DNA of 64,000 nucleotides from Alphaproteobacteria bacterium (GTDB lineage: Bacteria > Pseudomonadota > Alphaproteobacteria > VGEJ01). This document shows, piece by piece, positions 59,059 to 64,000 of the stretch. The notes below the pieces were generated by a model. The model was not told the DNA's origin and did not search any database. It saw only the letters and a list, made by a program, of their open reading frames with translations. The translations under genes were made by a program, and so were the position numbers. Numbering within the stretch: position 1 is the first letter of the stretch; each line of letters begins with the position of its first letter. The stretch lies in the NCBI GenBank assembly GCA_965219135.1, contig CBDCMV010000003.1:640616-704615 (forward strand), read 5' to 3'.

Positions 59059-59930
59059 TCAGTCCAAGCGAACGCCCTGCTGCCCGGCTCGCTCTTGAAT
59101 GAACTGCCAGGCGACGCGGCCCGAGCGGGCGCCGCGCGTCATCGACCACTCGATGGCCGCGGCGGCCAAGGTCTCGCGCTCGAAGGCGAGCGCATAGTGG
59201 CGGGCATAATTCTCGATCATCGCGAGATAAGCGGCCTGGGTGCAGGCGTGGAAGCCGAGCCACAGGCCGAAGCGGTCGGACAACGAGACCTTTTCCTCGA
59301 CGGATTCGCCGCGGTTGATGGCGGTCGAGCGCTCGTTCTCGATCATTTCGCGCGGCATCAAGTGGCGGCGATTCGAGGTAGCGTAGAAAATCACGTTGTG
59401 AGGCCGGCCCTCGATGCCGCCCTCCAACACCGCCTTCAGCGATTTGTAACTGGCGTCACGGCCGTCGAAGGAGAGATCGTCGCAGAACAGGATGCAGTGG
59501 CGCTCGGTGTGGCCGAGGCGCTGCAAAAGACCGGGCAGGGTGGCGATGTCCTCGCGGTGAATCTCGACCAGCGCGAGCCTGGTCGATCCGTCGTTGGCGG
59601 CGGCATGGGCGGCCTTGACCAGCGAGCTCTTGCCCATGCCGCGCGCGCCCCACAGAAGCGCGTTGTGGGCCGGCAACCCGGCGGCGAAGCGACGGGTGTT
59701 CTCCAGCAGCGTATCACGGGCCGTGTCGATGCCGTAAAGGAGCGCGATGGGGATGCGGTTGACGGCCGCGACGGGGGTCAGCGCATCGCGGTCGGGATGC
59801 CAGACGAACGCATCGGCGCCGTCAAGGTCGCACGCGGTGCCGGCCGACGCCGGGCTCAGGCCCTTGAGCGCGTCGGCGATGCGCCCGAGCAGGGGCTTGA
59901 GGTCATCGCCGCTCAGAACGGTATCTCGTC
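59059..59930 (-). CDS. DUF815-family AAA-like ATPase, start codon unresolved
   Basis: Walker A GARGMGKSSLVKA. The conserved N-terminal region (LSGDDLKPLLGRIADALKGL...DAFVWHPDRD) is in frame but has no ATG/GTG/TTG after the upstream TGA. Only CTG is available. Confidence 0.6.
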
Positions 59931-60368
59931 GTCGAGGTCATCGCCTGGACCGCCCGCGGCAGTGGCGCCGGCCGCCGCGCCGACGCCTTCGGGCTCGGGC
60001 GGGCGGTCGCCGTCGCGGCGGCCATCGAGCATGGTTAGCTCGCCGCGGTAACGTTGCAGAACGACCTCGGTGGTCCACTTGTCGACACCCGATTGGTCGG
60101 TCCACTTGCGGGTCTGTAGCTGGCCTTCGAGATAGACCTTCGAGCCCTTCTTAAGGTACTGCTCGGCGATGCGCCCGAGGTTCTCGTTGAAGATCACGAC
60201 CCGGTGCCACTCGGTCCTTTCGCGCCGCTCGCCGCTTTCGCGGTCTTTCCACGTTTCCGAGGTGGCCACGTTCAAGTGAACGATGGGATCGCCGGCCTGG
60301 GTGTGGCGGACTTCCGGGTCGCGCCCCAGGTTGCCGATCAGAATGACCTTATTGACGCTCCCCGCCAT
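59913..60368 (-). CDS. ssb: single-stranded DNA-binding protein
   Basis: OB-fold N-terminus (VNKVILIGNLGRDPEVR...WHRVVIF), Gly-rich linker, acidic tail DDLDDEIPF. Confidence 0.9.
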   Translation of the reverse strand: MAGSVNKVILIGNLGRDPEVRHTQAGDPIVHLNVATSETWKDRESGERRERTEWHRVVIFNENLGRIAEQYLKKGSKVYLEGQLQTRKWTDQSGVDKWTTEVVLQRYRGELTMLDGRRDGDRPPEPEGVGAAAGATAAGGPGDDLDDEIPF

Positions 60369-60525
60369 GTGTCCCTCCCGTGCTGCCTTGCCCGGAACTC
60401 TACACGCATCGGCGCCGCGCACGCCATGAACAATCGGCTCGCCACACCAGCCGCGAACGCCCTATCATGGCGATCGGCCGCTCGCGACCAGGTTCCGAAT
60501 CTCCAGGTGTAGCCTCCCAAGCCAA

Positions 60526-63441
<2,916 letters not shown>

Positions 63442-63534
63442 GCGCGCCAGCTTGCCGGGCTCGACCTCTGCCGCGGAGTTCGGGCAAAGGTGTCGCTTTT
63501 CGACGGCCCGACTGGAGGTAGAGGGCTGGACGGA

Positions 63535-64000
63535 TCAGATTTCGACGAAATCCGGGCGCCACGATCTCGCCTCAGGAATCACCAGCATCCTTACCGAGAA
63601 CGTTGCCAAGACCCTGCCGGAGGGGTGGCAAGGCGTTGAGACGACCGACGATGCCCTCGACTGGATTGCCGGGCGATCGGAGGAAGGGAGCGTGATGACG
63701 GTGCGGCTGGCCCGAACCGGGCAGCTCGTGGGCTTCCTGTTGATCGACGTCGACGCGGCACACCCGAGCAGCCTTCGGCTGCGTCTTGGGTACTTTCTCT
63801 CGGAACCCAACTGGGGTAAGGGGCTGGGCAGCGAGCTGATCGAGGGCCTGGTTGGCTGGTGCGCTCAGGCGGGTGACGTTCGCGAACTAATCGGCGTGGT
63901 CGAGCCCGGCAACGTCGCGTCGGCAAAGGTCCTCACGCGAAACGGGTTCGAGCCGTCGGGTTCGTCGAAGCAGGAAGGAATGCTCACGCTTCGGCGCAGT
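63535..64000 (+). CDS. GNAT-family N-acetyltransferase (3' end beyond window; start uncertain)
   Basis: Plus-strand frame open to the window end with GNAT motif A (LSEPNWGKGLGSELIEGLVGW...GVVEPGNVASAKVLTRNGF). Candidate starts are TTG ~63451 or later. Confidence 0.5.

Noticed and set aside
60369-60525. Searched the ssb-uvrA divergent intergenic region for an alphaproteobacterial LexA box (GTTC-N7-GTTC / GAAC-N7-GAAC)
   Set aside because: Several GAAC/GTTC tetramers are present but none with the 7-bp spacing, so no SOS box can be claimed from sequence alone.

Overview
High-GC (~68%) chromosomal segment, most likely alphaproteobacterial. It combines conserved housekeeping blocks with a mosaic, IS-ridden accessory region.

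Housekeeping blocks, all read as intact:
- fabD-fabG-acpP-fabF-mltG, followed by a VOC gene, yicC and gmk.
- lptF-lptG-lptD-surA-pdxA-rsmA.
- nagZ, two tandem M50 proteases, scpA-scpB, DUF2182/DUF1326, fbpABC, tatABC-serS-surE-pcm-nlpD, a Tat-secreted caspase-like gene, DUF815, ssb and uvrA.

Mobile elements:
- Three near-identical copies of a ~1.35 kb insertion sequence (rve-type DDE transposase; imperfect terminal inverted repeats TGTCGCTAACACACGATATGACC / TGTCGATAACAAACTGAGTTGACC). Copy 1 is frameshifted and its right end is cut off by a partial IS5-family element.
- Copies 1 and 2 are inverted and bracket the 14.3 kb fab-to-lpt housekeeping segment.
- Copies 2 and 3 are inverted and bracket a 4 kb decayed sugar-modification cassette. 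That cassette holds a GT2 glycosyltransferase, a cupin, a C-methyltransferase with an in-frame TAA, an epimerase needing two frameshifts, and a methyltransferase fragment.

Accessory content downstream:
- A sugar-type ABC transporter with tandem paralogous MalG-like permeases, followed by a proline-racemase-family gene, a LamG/N,N-dimethylformamidase-large-subunit-like gene and an M19 dipeptidase.
- A lower-GC island carrying a SiaB/SiaC-like partner-switch pair with only remnants of the cognate PP2C phosphatase, and a frameshifted methyltransferase.
- An IS21 remnant, a low-GC MMPL/HpnN-like transporter, an IS630 element and an IS1595 element with an 8-bp target-site duplication.

Several candidate regulatory sites were found: a GAATGA-repeat palindrome upstream of fbpA, direct repeats upstream of the ABC substrate-binding gene, and a palindrome plus AT-rich promoter upstream of the caspase-like gene.

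Many accessory genes carry frameshifts at short simple repeats. This may be genuine decay or assembly error and needs read-level verification. No rRNA, tRNA or CRISPR array was recognised.
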